Origin: Catajapyx aquilonaris
Taxonomy: Eukaryota
Reading direction: 5' to 3'
Assembly (NCBI GenBank): GCA_000934665.2
Contig: KZ538212.1
Span: 1 to 64,000, forward strand
Length of the DNA stretch: 64,000 nucleotides
Under the pieces are notes generated by a model, which worked only from the letters and a program-made list of their open reading frames with translations, made no database searches and had not been told where the DNA came from. Positions 26,125 to 39,500 of the stretch are shown in pieces; the stretch's first letter is position 1, and each line of letters begins with the position of its first letter. The translations under genes were made by a program, and so were the position numbers.

Positions 26125-27100
26125 TACATGAATACTCAACCAAGCATTTCACCACTTTTCAGCACCAAAATGTCATTCCTCGATTAATTATCGCGGGTTT
26201 AAAAGTCACTATCAAATTGGCGGGAAAAGGGGGGCGTGGCCTAAAAGGCGCATTCCGACTCCTGCCTGGCCAGTGTGACGTCAGCAGACCGGTGTAGCGG
26301 TCCTGCTTTATTGGCGATCCATTCGATTCGGCTGGGATAGGCCATGGGTCACCGTCAACAAACAAACAATAAAGGAACAAAGCAGCCCGGGTGCGTTCCT
26401 GCCTCTGCACCGATCTGTTTGGCAGCAGTGACGTCAGAGGGCAATACGATACAGTATAATTAATAGCATCTTAGATCGATAATATCTCGAAAACTGATGC
26501 GTATTTCTTCGATACTAAAAAACACCAAAATTCACTTAAAAATAAGGACGATATTTTCAGTACATTGGTTTGCAAAAATGTAGGCTAGGCATGGTTCATG
26601 TTAATGCTAATTTTTTTTAACCTCAAAAATTTGAGTACACGTCCTCCTCCTATAAACTCCTCCCAGATGATTAGTGCTCCACTTGTCCACATGTGCAGGG
26701 TTCAAAAATACACCCGGACCCTGTACAGACACATCTGCTTGGGAAAGAAGGCTATTTAGGCTCCTGAACCGGGGGCGGAGGCCCATGAATATTATGTGCG
26801 GGCAGGTTAGTTAATTTCCTCTCGGAAACAAGATCATAAAGTTCTCCTTTTTTTTCTTCTTCTTCTGTAAGGGAGACTAAAGCTTTGGGAGAGTAGGAGC
26901 CCTTAAGAGATGTCTCGTCGTATATCGCAATTAGTCGGTTGGATCTGCCACTGCCGGCTGATCATAAGGGACCTCCCGGGGGTCAAGGGGGCCACTGGGT
27001 AAATGCGACTGAGTGCGTGGGTCGACTCTGATGGTTTTGGGGGCCGCCAGACTGGTTTTGCTTTGCTTCAGACATCCCCAGCAGACCCATTTCACTGTTA

Positions 27101-27165
27101 CAGGGTGCTACATCAACCAGCTTCTTTTTCACATGCACGGGGGAGGGAAATAATGGATCACCCTG
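27101..27165. mobile_element. Minimal Tc1/mariner-type MITE remnant
   Basis: TA|CAGGGTG ... CACCCTG|TA, 65 bp; same termini as the element at 46539. Confidence 0.45.
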
Positions 27166-30100
27166 TAACAATCCTACGGTTAACGGTGGGGGTCACGAAC
27201 TGTGTGTGGACACAACACTTTGTTCCCAAGCCGATGACTGTGCAAGAGCCGGGTCCAATAGGCCGCAAATGAAGTCGGACGCGCACGGCTCCAGCGGCAT
27301 TTAGTTCGAGACAGTGAGACAACCGCACACTCTCTGGAGACGGATGATTCCATCATTGGCCACCATTCCGATTCGGGGTGTACTGTCAGATGGGGGGAAA
27401 AAAGGGTCATCGTGTATTCTTTACTGAAAGAAAAAAAAAAAGGTTCGGAGGAAGAAAAAGAGAGGCCAGGTGTCGAAGATAGACGCGAAAGCGACGCGTC
27501 ATGACGCGTCGGTGTTAAGTCTTCATCCTTCTTCCCTTTTTATCCCGCCCTGAGAGTATCATTTTTTACGCCTTTTTTACGCCCCGTGTCTTTTGTAAAC
27601 TTCGTTTTGAAGTGTGAAGTGGAAAGGCGCGGGGGGAATTTTTCGGATAGAGGGGGGGTTATACACAGGTAGCTTCCGGCCCGGTAATATTCACGCTTAA
27701 CATCCAACAAATAAAAGGTTGTGTAACTTTAGTCCGAGACTATTTGTGGTGACGTTCATCGTAGAAGACATCGGCCGAAATTATCGCGCTTTTATTACAC
27801 AAATGGCAAAAAAAAAATCGTCCAGTTGCACAAATTTTGCACACGTTACTTAATTGGAGTGCTCAATTTTTAAATACTGCCACTCTAAAAAAAAGTAGGA
27901 TCAACTGACAATGAGTGCAAACGTTGCACTCCAAGGGTCAATTTCGGAGTGCAAACAATCCGAATATTTCGACCCCTGTGCAATGAGTTGCTGTGATTGA
28001 ATATTAAAATTACCAGTGGAAATTAAACACACGTCACCAGCCATTTCTAAGTGTAAGAAGCATGACACTCACATTAATTCGAGTAGAACACAATGTTGGC
28101 AAGTAATTGACTTGGCGATTGGTACCGACCGGTTCTAATTTTTTATTATTAAACGGAATGTCGGTACACTCTGAGATCAAAAATCCATCATGTCTCGTTT
28201 TCACTGTTTCATTTTTTTTAAACATGATTTTTTGACACCCCCTTCCCTTGCCACCACTCAGCGCTTCTTTTCTTATAAGCGCTTCCAATCAACTCTTCAT
28301 CCAAGTCTCAATAGTTTCGACTCCTTTTTTTTATCTAACCATTATTATTCTGGGGCCCCCCTTGTTATTTTTTTTGCATGTCGTGCTGGTCGGCGGTTGT
28401 GTCCCGGTTTGACAATCGGGGCCTCCGGTCAGACAATGTCCATTGTTAGCGGCGGCTCCGTCACCTGAGCGACCAAATGAGGGCCATTTTGGGCTCTGAG
28501 GGGCCATACATCCAAAAAAAGAAAAAAAGGGGTGTAAAAAGAGGGGAAAAAAGGACCTCTCCTTTTTTTGATGCTGTATCCAGATTGGTCATTCACATGA
28601 CGAAGTGGGAATGGAACGGAAGTGAAGAAGAAGCCGGCTGGTTTGCGTCACCATCTTTCTCATGCAGGCTTTAATTTACAAAATGGGGGTGCGATAAGAC
28701 AAGTATAGTGGAATATATATTATTTTTTTCACCATTATTATCATCCGGAAAAAGAAGATGGAGTGAAAAATCAGGTTTGATTATGGTGACAAGTCGCAGT
28801 CTGGGAATCATGGAGATGGCGCCTGGAGTTATTATGCTAACTGTCAGTTAAGCCACTTGTTAGTTAACCAAAGTGTCTCGGGTTTGAAATTTATGTTGTT
28901 GTATAATTAGTCATCGAAATTATTGTTGCATTGTGTTCGTTACGCTATATGATGCGGACATACATACAGCGCAAAATTGCATGATTTTTGTATTAATATA
29001 TAAAATGTTGGCGAAATATGTGGTATTGGTTGCTTGTACAGTACACACCATGTTACGATTAAATATTAAATTCAATTTTTGCACTAGGTACCCCCTGACC
29101 AGGTAAACAATTATTTTCAAGCTAATTACAATGTGCTGTTACGTATCGTATGACCAGCAGAGGTGTTCTGCGGACAGTCTTCGCGTAAAAAATAATTCAA
29201 TCGACTGAAAGCACACCGGTCGCCTCCCGACCGCAATTAGCAATCACCCTTGCTTGTTTTGGAGACAAAAATATATGTCCCGAGTCACGTACTTTGACAA
29301 CCAGGGTTCGTCCTCCAGCTGTAATAACACTCCGCAGCACCAGCAGTTAAAGTCTGAGAGAGGATCGATCCCGGATCGATGCCCAGTAAATATTGAGTGA
29401 GCTCCCACACCAATGTAACACACACTCGTGTGTATAAATATAAAAGGCAAAAGTCTGGACAATCTAAGTGAAAGGAATTGCTCCGGAAGGATAGAGAAGA
29501 AAAAAAAAGTTGGCAGCACTGGGTTGTTGCATTGGTCACGCGATGGCCGCTTGGAAGTTGAGCTAATGAATTAATCCATGTCATTTCACGTGCGAGGTCA
29601 AGGGGCATGGGAAAAGGGCCCTGAGGGACGGCTTCGGGTGATACTGTCAACCTCGCGTCATGAGTTCTGTCCGCGGCCCATCGACAAGACACTTCATCAT
29701 AGAAAAACTCGTAGGTAAAGTACCGCATGAAAAGTGCCCCCGCTGAGAATGGTACAGGGTGTATATCGAATGTGTGTGTGTCAGGCCTGGAATGTTATAA
29801 GAGGGCTGGAGGGATTAGCGTCCATGTCCCGGGTAATAAAACTATGGGTGCCCTGAAGCCATGCAGCAACAGCAGCAGGGCCCAATTTAGATTTTATTCC
29901 GGAGTCAAAAGGGGTCCCCAATTCTGCATGTAGAGGCGGCTTTCTCTTCCCCTTTTGGCCCTCTCTGCTTTTCCCACATCGCCACCCAAATTAATAATCA
30001 AGGATGGAGGGTAGGGGTGTATGATGGAGCGATGCCTATCGGCGGATTCCCTCACTAATTGCAATTTACGAGGGGGGCCCCCTTTGCCAGGCGCCTGCGT

Positions 30101-31719
30101 ACAAGGCGGCACTTTTCTCTATGAAAAGACTCAGATGAGTTCACTCTCATCCAAACCAGGTCGTGGCACCCCTGAAACCGACCATTCATATTGGCTGCAG
30201 CCAGGAAACGCCGCTTGCCATTGGCTGATTCACACGAACAGGGCTGCCAATATCTGCACAAAGTTGGATCACATCCGTATCGATGGAACAGTTCACATAA
30301 TGGTGAGGGCACACATTAGCGGGGTGTAAGCACTTGTTAGCGGCAACTGACAGGCTTGACACTATTTCATCGCCACTTGAACCACCCTGTGGCTTGGTCC
30401 CAAATAAAAACCAATACATTTAAAAAAAATATAGTAGATTATATATATAAAAAAAAGTTTTGGAGAGGTCGGCAACCCTTTGAAAGGCAGTCCCCCAAGA
30501 AGGCCGCTGGGCCTGCTACTCCAGGATGCTGCCTCTCAATCTCAAGTGTTTACTCACCCTTCTTCTTCTTCTTTAGTTTTTTTTTCTTTTCATTTTTTTT
30601 TCCTGAGTCAGCTAGAGTTGACTCGAAAAATTCACGGGGGCCACGCTCTTAGCTCCTGAATCAGATTAGCGGGGGTTATTAATTTTTTGGCAAATACTCC
30701 GCTTCCCGCACGAATTTGGGACCAGACTGAACTCACCAACCAAAAGGGTCAGGAAGTTCACCCATAGTTTAGCTGGTGTTATATCAATAGGTTTTTCGAT
30801 CAATAATTAACCGGCCGTTAAGTGCTAACGGTAGGTTAAGTGCCACATCAGCAACTTCTGGTTAGAAGTTGATATGGAATCGCGAAAATGTGCAATTTGA
30901 ACATGTCTTATTTAATTAACCTCGCGTTAATAACATTAATAAAGTGCCCCCCCCATTAAAATATTTAAAAACATGGGTTAGGTCAAAAATCGCAGTTGTT
31001 AACCCCTCCCAACAAAGTTATGTCCCGATTCTTATCAAGGGGTGTAACAAAAGTGTATGGCGTGCAATGCCCGCTATAAATTAACAGCGCGTCATCGCCA
31101 TGGGTTGGATTCGCGCTTTTGCAAAATCCCTCCGGATATCTGATGTGAACAATATCCGGGTTAAAAAGAGGGGGTGGGTGGAGGATGGGGGGAGGGGGTG
31201 TCGTTATTCACGTTCTTTCCTTCACACTTGCGCGCTTTATCTTATCGCATGTTACAAAGTGGTGTTGCAGAAAAAGGGAAGGGTAAACAACCGGGTTGAC
31301 ACGGTAGCTCTTGCAAATTTTTTGGCCTGAGCGCGGTTCCCGTGTACCTTGGCCGGAACCCAGCGGCCGCGGGTTTTATTGGCCTGCATGTCCAAGATGG
31401 CGGCTTTACTGCCGGCGTAAATCAGTCCTCGACCGCAAAGCGCGTCGCAACTTACGCCGTCGAGGAAGAAGAAGAAGAAGAGAAAAGGCAATAAGGGGGG
31501 CACAGCACTCACTCTCGAGGAATCTATTGTTGGCTAATCACTTACTCTGCACTGACATGTAAGTTCAGGGCAGGCTAAACACGCGCTTAAGCGCGCCCTT
31601 AATGCCAACACCTAATAAGATACAAGTTCGGACAGGGCTAAACCGATGCTTAAGCCCGCGCTACAGTCTTTTCGCAACAGGTATCGATATAACTTGACAA
31701 AACGTACAGCAACACTGTA

Positions 31720-32525
31720 AAATCACTGCTAAAAGTAATACTAATAACTCAAAGTGAAATCTTAAAATCACTGCTACACTACAGGCTGATGCTGTTATCA
31801 AGTAAAATCACTGCTACTACAGGCTGATGTTATCAAGTAAAATCACTGCTACTACAGGCTGATGTTATCAAGTAAAATCACTTTTACTACAGATTTGTAG
31901 GTAACCCATATAGGTACCGCATAAGTCGATGTTAAGTCAGATCACTACAGATTCCTATTAGCAGTTAAATGACCGTTACTACGGATCGCTATTAGCAGAT
32001 GAAATCACTGTTACTACACATACCTGATAGAAGGTAAAATCACTGTTACTAGAGATTGCTGTAAGGTATAAATCACTTGCTGCAGATCGCAATTAGCAGG
32101 TAAAATCACTGTTACTACATATACCTGATAGAAGGTAAAATCACTGCTACTAGAGATTGCTGTAAGGTAAAATTCACTTACTGCAGATCGCTATTAGCAG
32201 GTATCACTTGCTGTGGATCGCTAGTAGCAGGTATTATCACTGTTACTGCTGGCCGCTATGTTCGAGGTAAAATCACGACATTGCTATTAGCAGGCAAATG
32301 ACCGTTACTACGGATCGCTTTTAGTAGGTAAAATCACTTATTACAGATAACTGATAAATTGATTGTATGTGGTCGTCGCTTGTAACCCCATCTATGCCGT
32401 GAGTGAAATGAAATGAATTGAATGAAGTATAATCAATGTTACAACATATCGCTGTAAGGCAAAATCCCTTACTGCAGATCGTTATTAACAGGTAAAGTCA
32501 CTGTTACTATGGATCGCTGCTACCA
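31720..32525. repeat. Minisatellite of ~31-37 bp units (GTAAAATCACTGYTACTACAG...)
   Basis: About 20 diverging copies of GTAAAATCACTG(C/T)TACTAC, with a ~105 bp higher-order duplication around 31990-32200. Confidence 0.88.
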
Positions 32526-33516
32526 AACAAAAATGACCGCGACGTACTCGACTGCTTCCGGCTGTGTTATTAACGACCTGAGCGGTGTTGACACGATTGA
32601 AGAGACTCGTCATCCCCCCCCNCCCCTGCAGCCCCATCAGAAATTAATCGCGACAAAGCGCGTCGGACATAAATCCGCGAATTGATGCCAGGCTAAGCGC
32701 GTGCTTTAGAAGAAGAGCGTTCGAGTCTTTTCGCTGCTGCTGGCCCAGATTTGTTGATGGATGTTTTCATCTCCCAGCCAGCAGCAGCAGCATCCCCCGC
32801 ACACCCTCTCAGTGTTTGCCATCTTCTCGCATCAGCTTCTAATTGAGCCTTTGTTCCCTCCGAGCTTTATTGCGCCCCACAGAACGGAAGTCCTCTCCAC
32901 TGACAACAATGAAGGAAAGGAAAAGAAGGAAGGGAAAGAAAAAAAAGGTTGCTGCCAGAGAAGTGCACGTCACGCCCTCTCCCTGCTGCTGTAGTCGATA
33001 TTGTATCTTCCAGGGAGTAGTATTTGGTTCACACGTCGCGCAGGGGTCCTTTGGATCCGGCAAATGGGTGGTGTTGACCCGCCATCTCCAAACTGCAATT
33101 ACAGCTGGAGTGGTGTGTGTGAGCGGAATCACTACAAAAAGCAATAGGTCGTGTCCATCCTGTAGCTACCGGGTGTGGCAACATCGCTGCAAGTAAGGGG
33201 TCATCTCATGAATAGTAGCCATAACTTGCCGCCTCATCGGCATTCGCTCCCCGTCGGGTCATAATGGATTTTTTTTCCTCCCAACAAAAATAAAATAAAA
33301 TCAGGGGTGCCAACCGAATTATGACTTATCGCAACTTTACAGGGAATACGATTTGAGAGAGAGAAAAAAAAGTAACCATGGTGTGTATGTACGTGTTCGT
33401 GACGAATCCTGAGGTCTTTGGGGCCACTCTTTTGAGCTGACAGGTTTGATTGGCAGGCAGAACGGCGAATGGCGCCGCTGCTGTCGCTGGTGGACTGCAA
33501 GAGGATGGGGGGGGGG

Positions 33517-33530
33517 NNNNNNNNNNNNNN
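33517..33530. other. Assembly gap within a poly-G tract
   Basis: 14 Ns flanked by G runs. Confidence 0.99.
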
Positions 33531-36464
33531 GGGAAGGGAAAAATTAGCAATGCAAATTTAGAAGAGGATGGAACTGTCCGTTGAGGGGCAGCCAACTCAA
33601 GGCTGATTACCTCACCTGTACTTGATGCACTCTTGTAATATTGTGTTGTCTCCATTCCGAAGTAATCACGGACCACTTTGGCAGGATTTCGCCTCCCCCT
33701 CCCCAAAAAAGCGAGGGGCCAGAGAGAAAAAAAAATTGTGCTGCGGCCAGCAGTATTTGTTGACTCCAAATGTACCGCAGCTATCAACAAAATTGCAGCA
33801 CTTTATGGCTGTTTATTCGGGGGGAATGTAAACATTTAGACAACATGACGGGACACAATGCTTATTCAACTGCCACTATACAGCGTGTAACCAATAAAAA
33901 CCGGGAACCCCCCGAGAGAAAGGGGGAGGAATAACAGGGATAGATATAAAAAAATATTGTCAGACGTACAACCGGTTTTTCGCAAAAATGAAATTTTTGG
34001 GAACCTTTATTAAATGGCTGTAAAGTGAAGTACATAATCTCAGATTTTTTCCTCAATAATTTGTGCCGATGCAACGCACTCTCCCAATATTTTTAACCGG
34101 AAATATGTGCAAGTAATATTGCTATTATAAGGTATGTGGGACAGGACACCCCCTGCTGGACGGACAACAATAGGGACATAACCGCTCCCAGGCCAGCACA
34201 TGAAAGACGATCTGTCCCAGTCTATTTTTTGTTTAAAAAAAACTGATGGGACCAAAAGGGTTCTCTTTTCAATCGGATGGTCATCTTCTGAATTGACCTC
34301 CCCCTTCAGTGATCGGGTCACCGGCAGATGCGCAAAAGTAGCTGAAGAAATTAATATCATGCCCTCCCTCTTCATATTTTTTTTATTATTTGAAAGGTCG
34401 CCGCATCTGGCAGACTCTTTTTGAAAGACCGCCGATTTCTATTGAAAAATCTTCGATCAGGTGGGGGGAAAGAGAAGGGTTATATTCTGAAGGTAACTCG
34501 ACCGGAATCCGAACACATTGTTGGGTGAATCAGAGGGGGGTTCAATTCGGCTGGAAATTGGGTCAGCAGCCCCTTTTTCATATTTTAAATCTAGGTTTAA
34601 AATAAATAACCGCCTAATAGTGGTAAGCAGAAATAATATTTTATGAGACTTGTTATTTACAGAATTTATATTATATATCTGCATAAACGGAAAAGTTTGT
34701 TTGTTTGTTCTCATAATACTGGCAGTTTTAGCATCATTGGAGATTTTGCTTATAATATTTTCCATGATATAACCGGCGGGCCCCTTTCTTCGAAAAATCG
34801 GGAGCATAATATTATGTGTTTGCGCTACTTTCCCATCCATGCGTCACATTACGGTAATTTCAGCGCACAAGTGCGTCCTTGAACCAGACGCTCAATACCT
34901 TACCCCCACTTGAGAGAGCCGAGCATTTAGCCTACATAATGCGTAACACACATACCCCAAAGACGAGAAAGAAATAAGATGAAGAAAAAAAAAATAACCG
35001 GAAAGATTCTGCTTCATTACCAAGCGAAAGTGTTTTCCTCTCATACAGTTATTAACCTCATAAAAAATAATAATAACTTTGTGGTCGAACCGGTTTGGTA
35101 TTTTTCCCAGCACCTTATAGCAAAGGCGATAACCCTTTTTTTTCCGCATTGTAATTTTTTTGAAAAACGTAAGTACTTGGTTTGTCCGTCGCGATCAAAG
35201 AGGGCGCCAGCTGTCAGCACATGTTGTGCTGTACCTGCACAAAGACAGCCAATAGGAAAGGCCAACAATGAGCATGGTAAAAAGGGGTTGGAGTTCAGAG
35301 CAAGGGGACAGCTGCCAATCAGCGGGGTCGATATGATGTGTATTATTTTTTGTTGTTGTCCACCCTATCAACCCCTCTCTCTAGCTATAGAAAACATGGC
35401 GACCGACAGCTGCATTGTTACCTTTACCGGGGCCGGGGATGAACCAACAGTTAATGTCCATTTAATTGCATGACTAAACACGTAACGGATGATTCCGTCT
35501 CTCTTTTTTTTGGGGTTGTCCTACAACGTCATATCTAGTTAAGCCCTGGCTGGATTGGTCCATTTTTAAAAATCTGGCCTCTGTTCATATCATAAAAGTG
35601 CTTGAATGACACAGTACACTTTTGTACTGGCCTGACAAACTGGATTCTTTTTTTTTCGGCAGGGGGGCAACCCTCATCCGAACGGTTATTGGTCAGCGAT
35701 ATGGCCATTGTTGGGTCATGGGTCTTCTTTTTTTTGGGGGGGGGGGGNTGGTCCCCTCCCCTTGAAAAGCTTTTATATCCAGCCATGCTTTTCATTTTTG
35801 TCTCTTCCGAGAGGATCCGGAATCATAAGGACAAAAGAGAGAAAAGCTTCCCCATGTTTTTCGGGTTTATGTCCATAACAGTTGCTTAGGACCCCGAGGA
35901 GGATCCGTACAGCCTGGTCCAAAAGAGTGGTTGCTGAGGGTAAATAACCCAGGCTGTAGGCTACGCTAAGTATTTGACACCTGCTCGGTTATGACCGTCA
36001 TTTTGATGCTTTAATTGCGTGATACGAGATGAGGAAACAAATTGTATATCTGGAAATTCCTCGAGAGTATGTTTTTCGGCAGCCCTACCCCCCAACTCTC
36101 CTATTGGCACCTTGGCCCCAAATTCCTCTCCAGCAGGTTGCTAGGGTTGGGAAGAGGATGGGGGGGGGGGGGGGGGGGGGAGATGAGCCTTTAGAAGACA
36201 AGAGATCCCGAACCGCGATGCTAATCGGAGTCGTAAAAAGGCATAATTGCATCGCCTCTGGTGGTCGAAGTGTAATCGTCGCCTCGGCCGAAAATCAGGG
36301 TCGTAAAATGGGCCTCGGGGATGGTTTTCGGGGGGCCGATAGGAAAAAGGACCCAAAAGATCTTCGGGTGATGAGGGAGCAAGTTCATGTGAAATAAATC
36401 GGAATACTATGTTGCGTTAGGTTAGACAAAGTGTCAATGACTCAGGCTGGGAAGCACACATGGC

Positions 36465-36567
36465 AAATCATTCTGCGCATGTGCGGTCTACTGGCAGATG
36501 CGCATAAGGCCTGCTGTTTTGTCCTTCTGCGCATGTGCTAGTAGACCGCGCATGCGCTGGATGATTT
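36465..36567 (+). ncRNA. Intronic long hairpin (pre-miRNA-like, or a tiny MITE)
   Basis: 45 nt arms and a 13 nt loop; 39 Watson-Crick pairs, 3 G-U pairs on the + strand and 3 mismatches. Confidence 0.3.
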
Positions 36568-39500
36568 AGACTTTAGAGGGCGGATATCATGTTATAGTGT
36601 CCACAGAATGTTTATTTACTAACCTTATACGTATAGTAACCGAAAGTAAATCCCCACAGGCTGTGTCACAACCTATAGCTTGTATAATAATCCGACATGG
36701 TAATCCTGGGTCGGCGATTGGTCAAGTTCGAAGCACCTGCTCCGACGAGAGGACTTTATCTGCTCATCGCCTGTTCTTTTTCCCCTAAAAAGCCCACACG
36801 AGTTAGGCGGCATGTCCAAGGGCTTCCTTTCCCCCACCTCCCTCAACAAGGCGACAAGTTTATCTGATGCCAACTGTGACAGGCGACAGACACCAGGCAT
36901 GGGTTTCGAGTGGAAGGGGGACACTCCTACTCAAAAAAAGGAAAAAAAGTTATTCCGGTCGGGACAGGATTTTTCATGTAAGCCGCAGCAACGTCGCGAT
37001 GTCAACCTGTCGTTGAAAGAAGCAAAGCTGCTGCTTTTCTGCTGATTGGTTGCATCGAAATAGCAGTTACAGGTTTCTAATATATTTTTCGGTCACCAGC
37101 ATGCGCAGCCCACGACATTTTTTTGTGTGTGAGTCTTCTTTTCTTTTTTACGAGCTCTGCAGGTGGGAATTCTAAGTTGGCGTAGGCTGTCACGAGGTCT
37201 CTGGTGGTGTCTGGGGCCTAATTGCCTGTCCATTGTCAACCGGGGGATGCTGTTGGACCGCTTGTCTCGACAAATAGCCCAGATAGCTATCTCACTCTCC
37301 AAGCTAAAGGACTTTGAAGGTGTATGGTCGAGCTAAGGCTGAGACACTCTTCAGTCGTCGTGACTTCCTGGGTCATTCGTTCAAGTCCCTTTTTTTTGTT
37401 GCGACCAGTTGAGACCGGTTTTCATCTGGACACTTTTCTTCGGATGTGTTCTTTTTAAAAATGCGTGTCGCATAAAAAAAACTATATATGCATGAACAGC
37501 TCCTTCCAAGGTGACCTTGTGTGATCGGCAATGACAAAAGTGCAGGGCTCGAGGGCAAATTCACGAAAAAAAAGTGGTCGCTTTTTTTGTCCCTTTTTTT
37601 TCGGACGCAATTGTCCCACATGAGACTGTAGGGATAATCAGTGACATCACTTGAGTTAGGGGAATTATTCGAGCTGCCCTTGGAACTTGCGGCTTTTGCA
37701 ATGTTGTTTTCGCAAGATTCAAAAAACGGTGGGGGAAGAGAGGGGGACCCTCAGGAGACAGTGCAACAAAAAGTGACAAGTGCGATGGGGAAAAATTATG
37801 ACGTATGACTTGTCCTTGACGACACATAGGTATTATTATCATCGTAGTTGGAGCGTGAGGGGAAGTAATCAAAGAAAAATATTGGTCAACACAAATTGCA
37901 AGCGCGTGATACCTTTCCTGGGTGACATAATTGCTTTCTTGCTAAATTTGTTTTTGTGGCTGTACATTTTAGCACGGAAATAGACGGTGTGGACAATGAA
38001 GTATTTTTCTGCTTCCTTACGTAAATTGTCGTGACGAAAATGGCATTGAAAAGTCTGGCGACCAATGCGTGTTATATGTGCTGTATGAATGGTCATTTTG
38101 TGAAGTTTTGCCAACCTTTTTTGAACAGCAATCTTCTTTGAAATTTTATATCGGCTCTCCTGCTGGTGGCTACGTGATATTAACAAGCCAATGATGTCAA
38201 TCAATCAGGAAACAACGAGTGCACTTCACGTGCCTGCCTCCCATTAATCCGGATGCGATTCGGCCAGTTGTGTTGGTGGTTCGTATAGGTCACTTACTCA
38301 CTTAACCTCGCAAATATTTTGGCGTGACAAACAAGCCCATCAGTTGAGTCATGCTTTGAATTGTTTCACAACAGCAGATATGACATATGAGTGTTTGCGA
38401 ATTCAATGACAATTCGAGTCTTGACCTTCCTGCGGGCATAATGGCAATATATGAGTTGCGTATAGGAAGAAGGGTCAGGGCTGACTGGTACCCACTGGAG
38501 ACAACCATCCAAGGGCAACCGCACCTGACCATTGTGCTTCTCTCTCTCGCCATTGACACTGTGGCCGGAGCATATCTGATGTCATCGTGGCACAGCCTGT
38601 GTATTTGTCGGTGCCCGTAATTGAACTTCGCACAATGAAAAATCCGCACGCCTGGATAAGCAGGTCACTTCCTCCCATAGTGCCGCCAAATTGGGCTTCA
38701 AGTGCAATTGTTCAAAGTGAAGCAACCGGACCAATTAGTCGCACATAAAGCTTACGTCTCACTTAACACGTGATTAAAATCCGGCTTCTCATTGGCCAAT
38801 TTATATCACATTGAAGTTGGTACCCCTGCAGGTGAAGTAATTGGGCCTGCAACTATACGAGCCTGGCAAGACCTTCAACTTTAAAAAAAGAAGTTTGAAT
38901 CGGTATGACGTCTCGCACATCAAATTGTCGTTTTTTTTAAAAGCAGATTGAAGCAGTATCCGCAATACCATTTTGCGTTCATAAGTCACTAAATAAGCAA
39001 GTCATCAACTTCCAAGGACCGCAATTACGACAGTTAAAAAAAAATATTGTTGCGCAACACCGCATTATTGTTAGTTGCCAAAAGGGCGTGTTTCACTGGT
39101 GTTTCATCACTTGTTGGGACAAACTCGAAAACTTAATTTACTGTCGCATGTTATACCGAGGGGTGATATACTGAGCCCCTATCCGGCTAACCTCAGCCCC
39201 ACGTAAAAAGCGGAGTAAAACCGTCACGAGTTAGGCTCGGGACAAATAAATCCGTTAAAAATCTGCTGGGGACTAAATTTATGTGCAATGTTTTTTTTTT
39301 GTCCGCTGGTGATTGGAGAGACGTCTAGCGAGGTGCGGATGAAACTATTTTGAAAAATGATCCTCCCTTAAGGATTTTCCTCCTGGCGGACCCAGCACAA
39401 GAAGGTCCCTTGTGCAACCCTCCTCGATCTCATTAACCCTGCTCATTACAAGGGAGGGAGGGCCTTGAAAGGACCGCATTGTTGAAGGTGGGGTTCGGAC

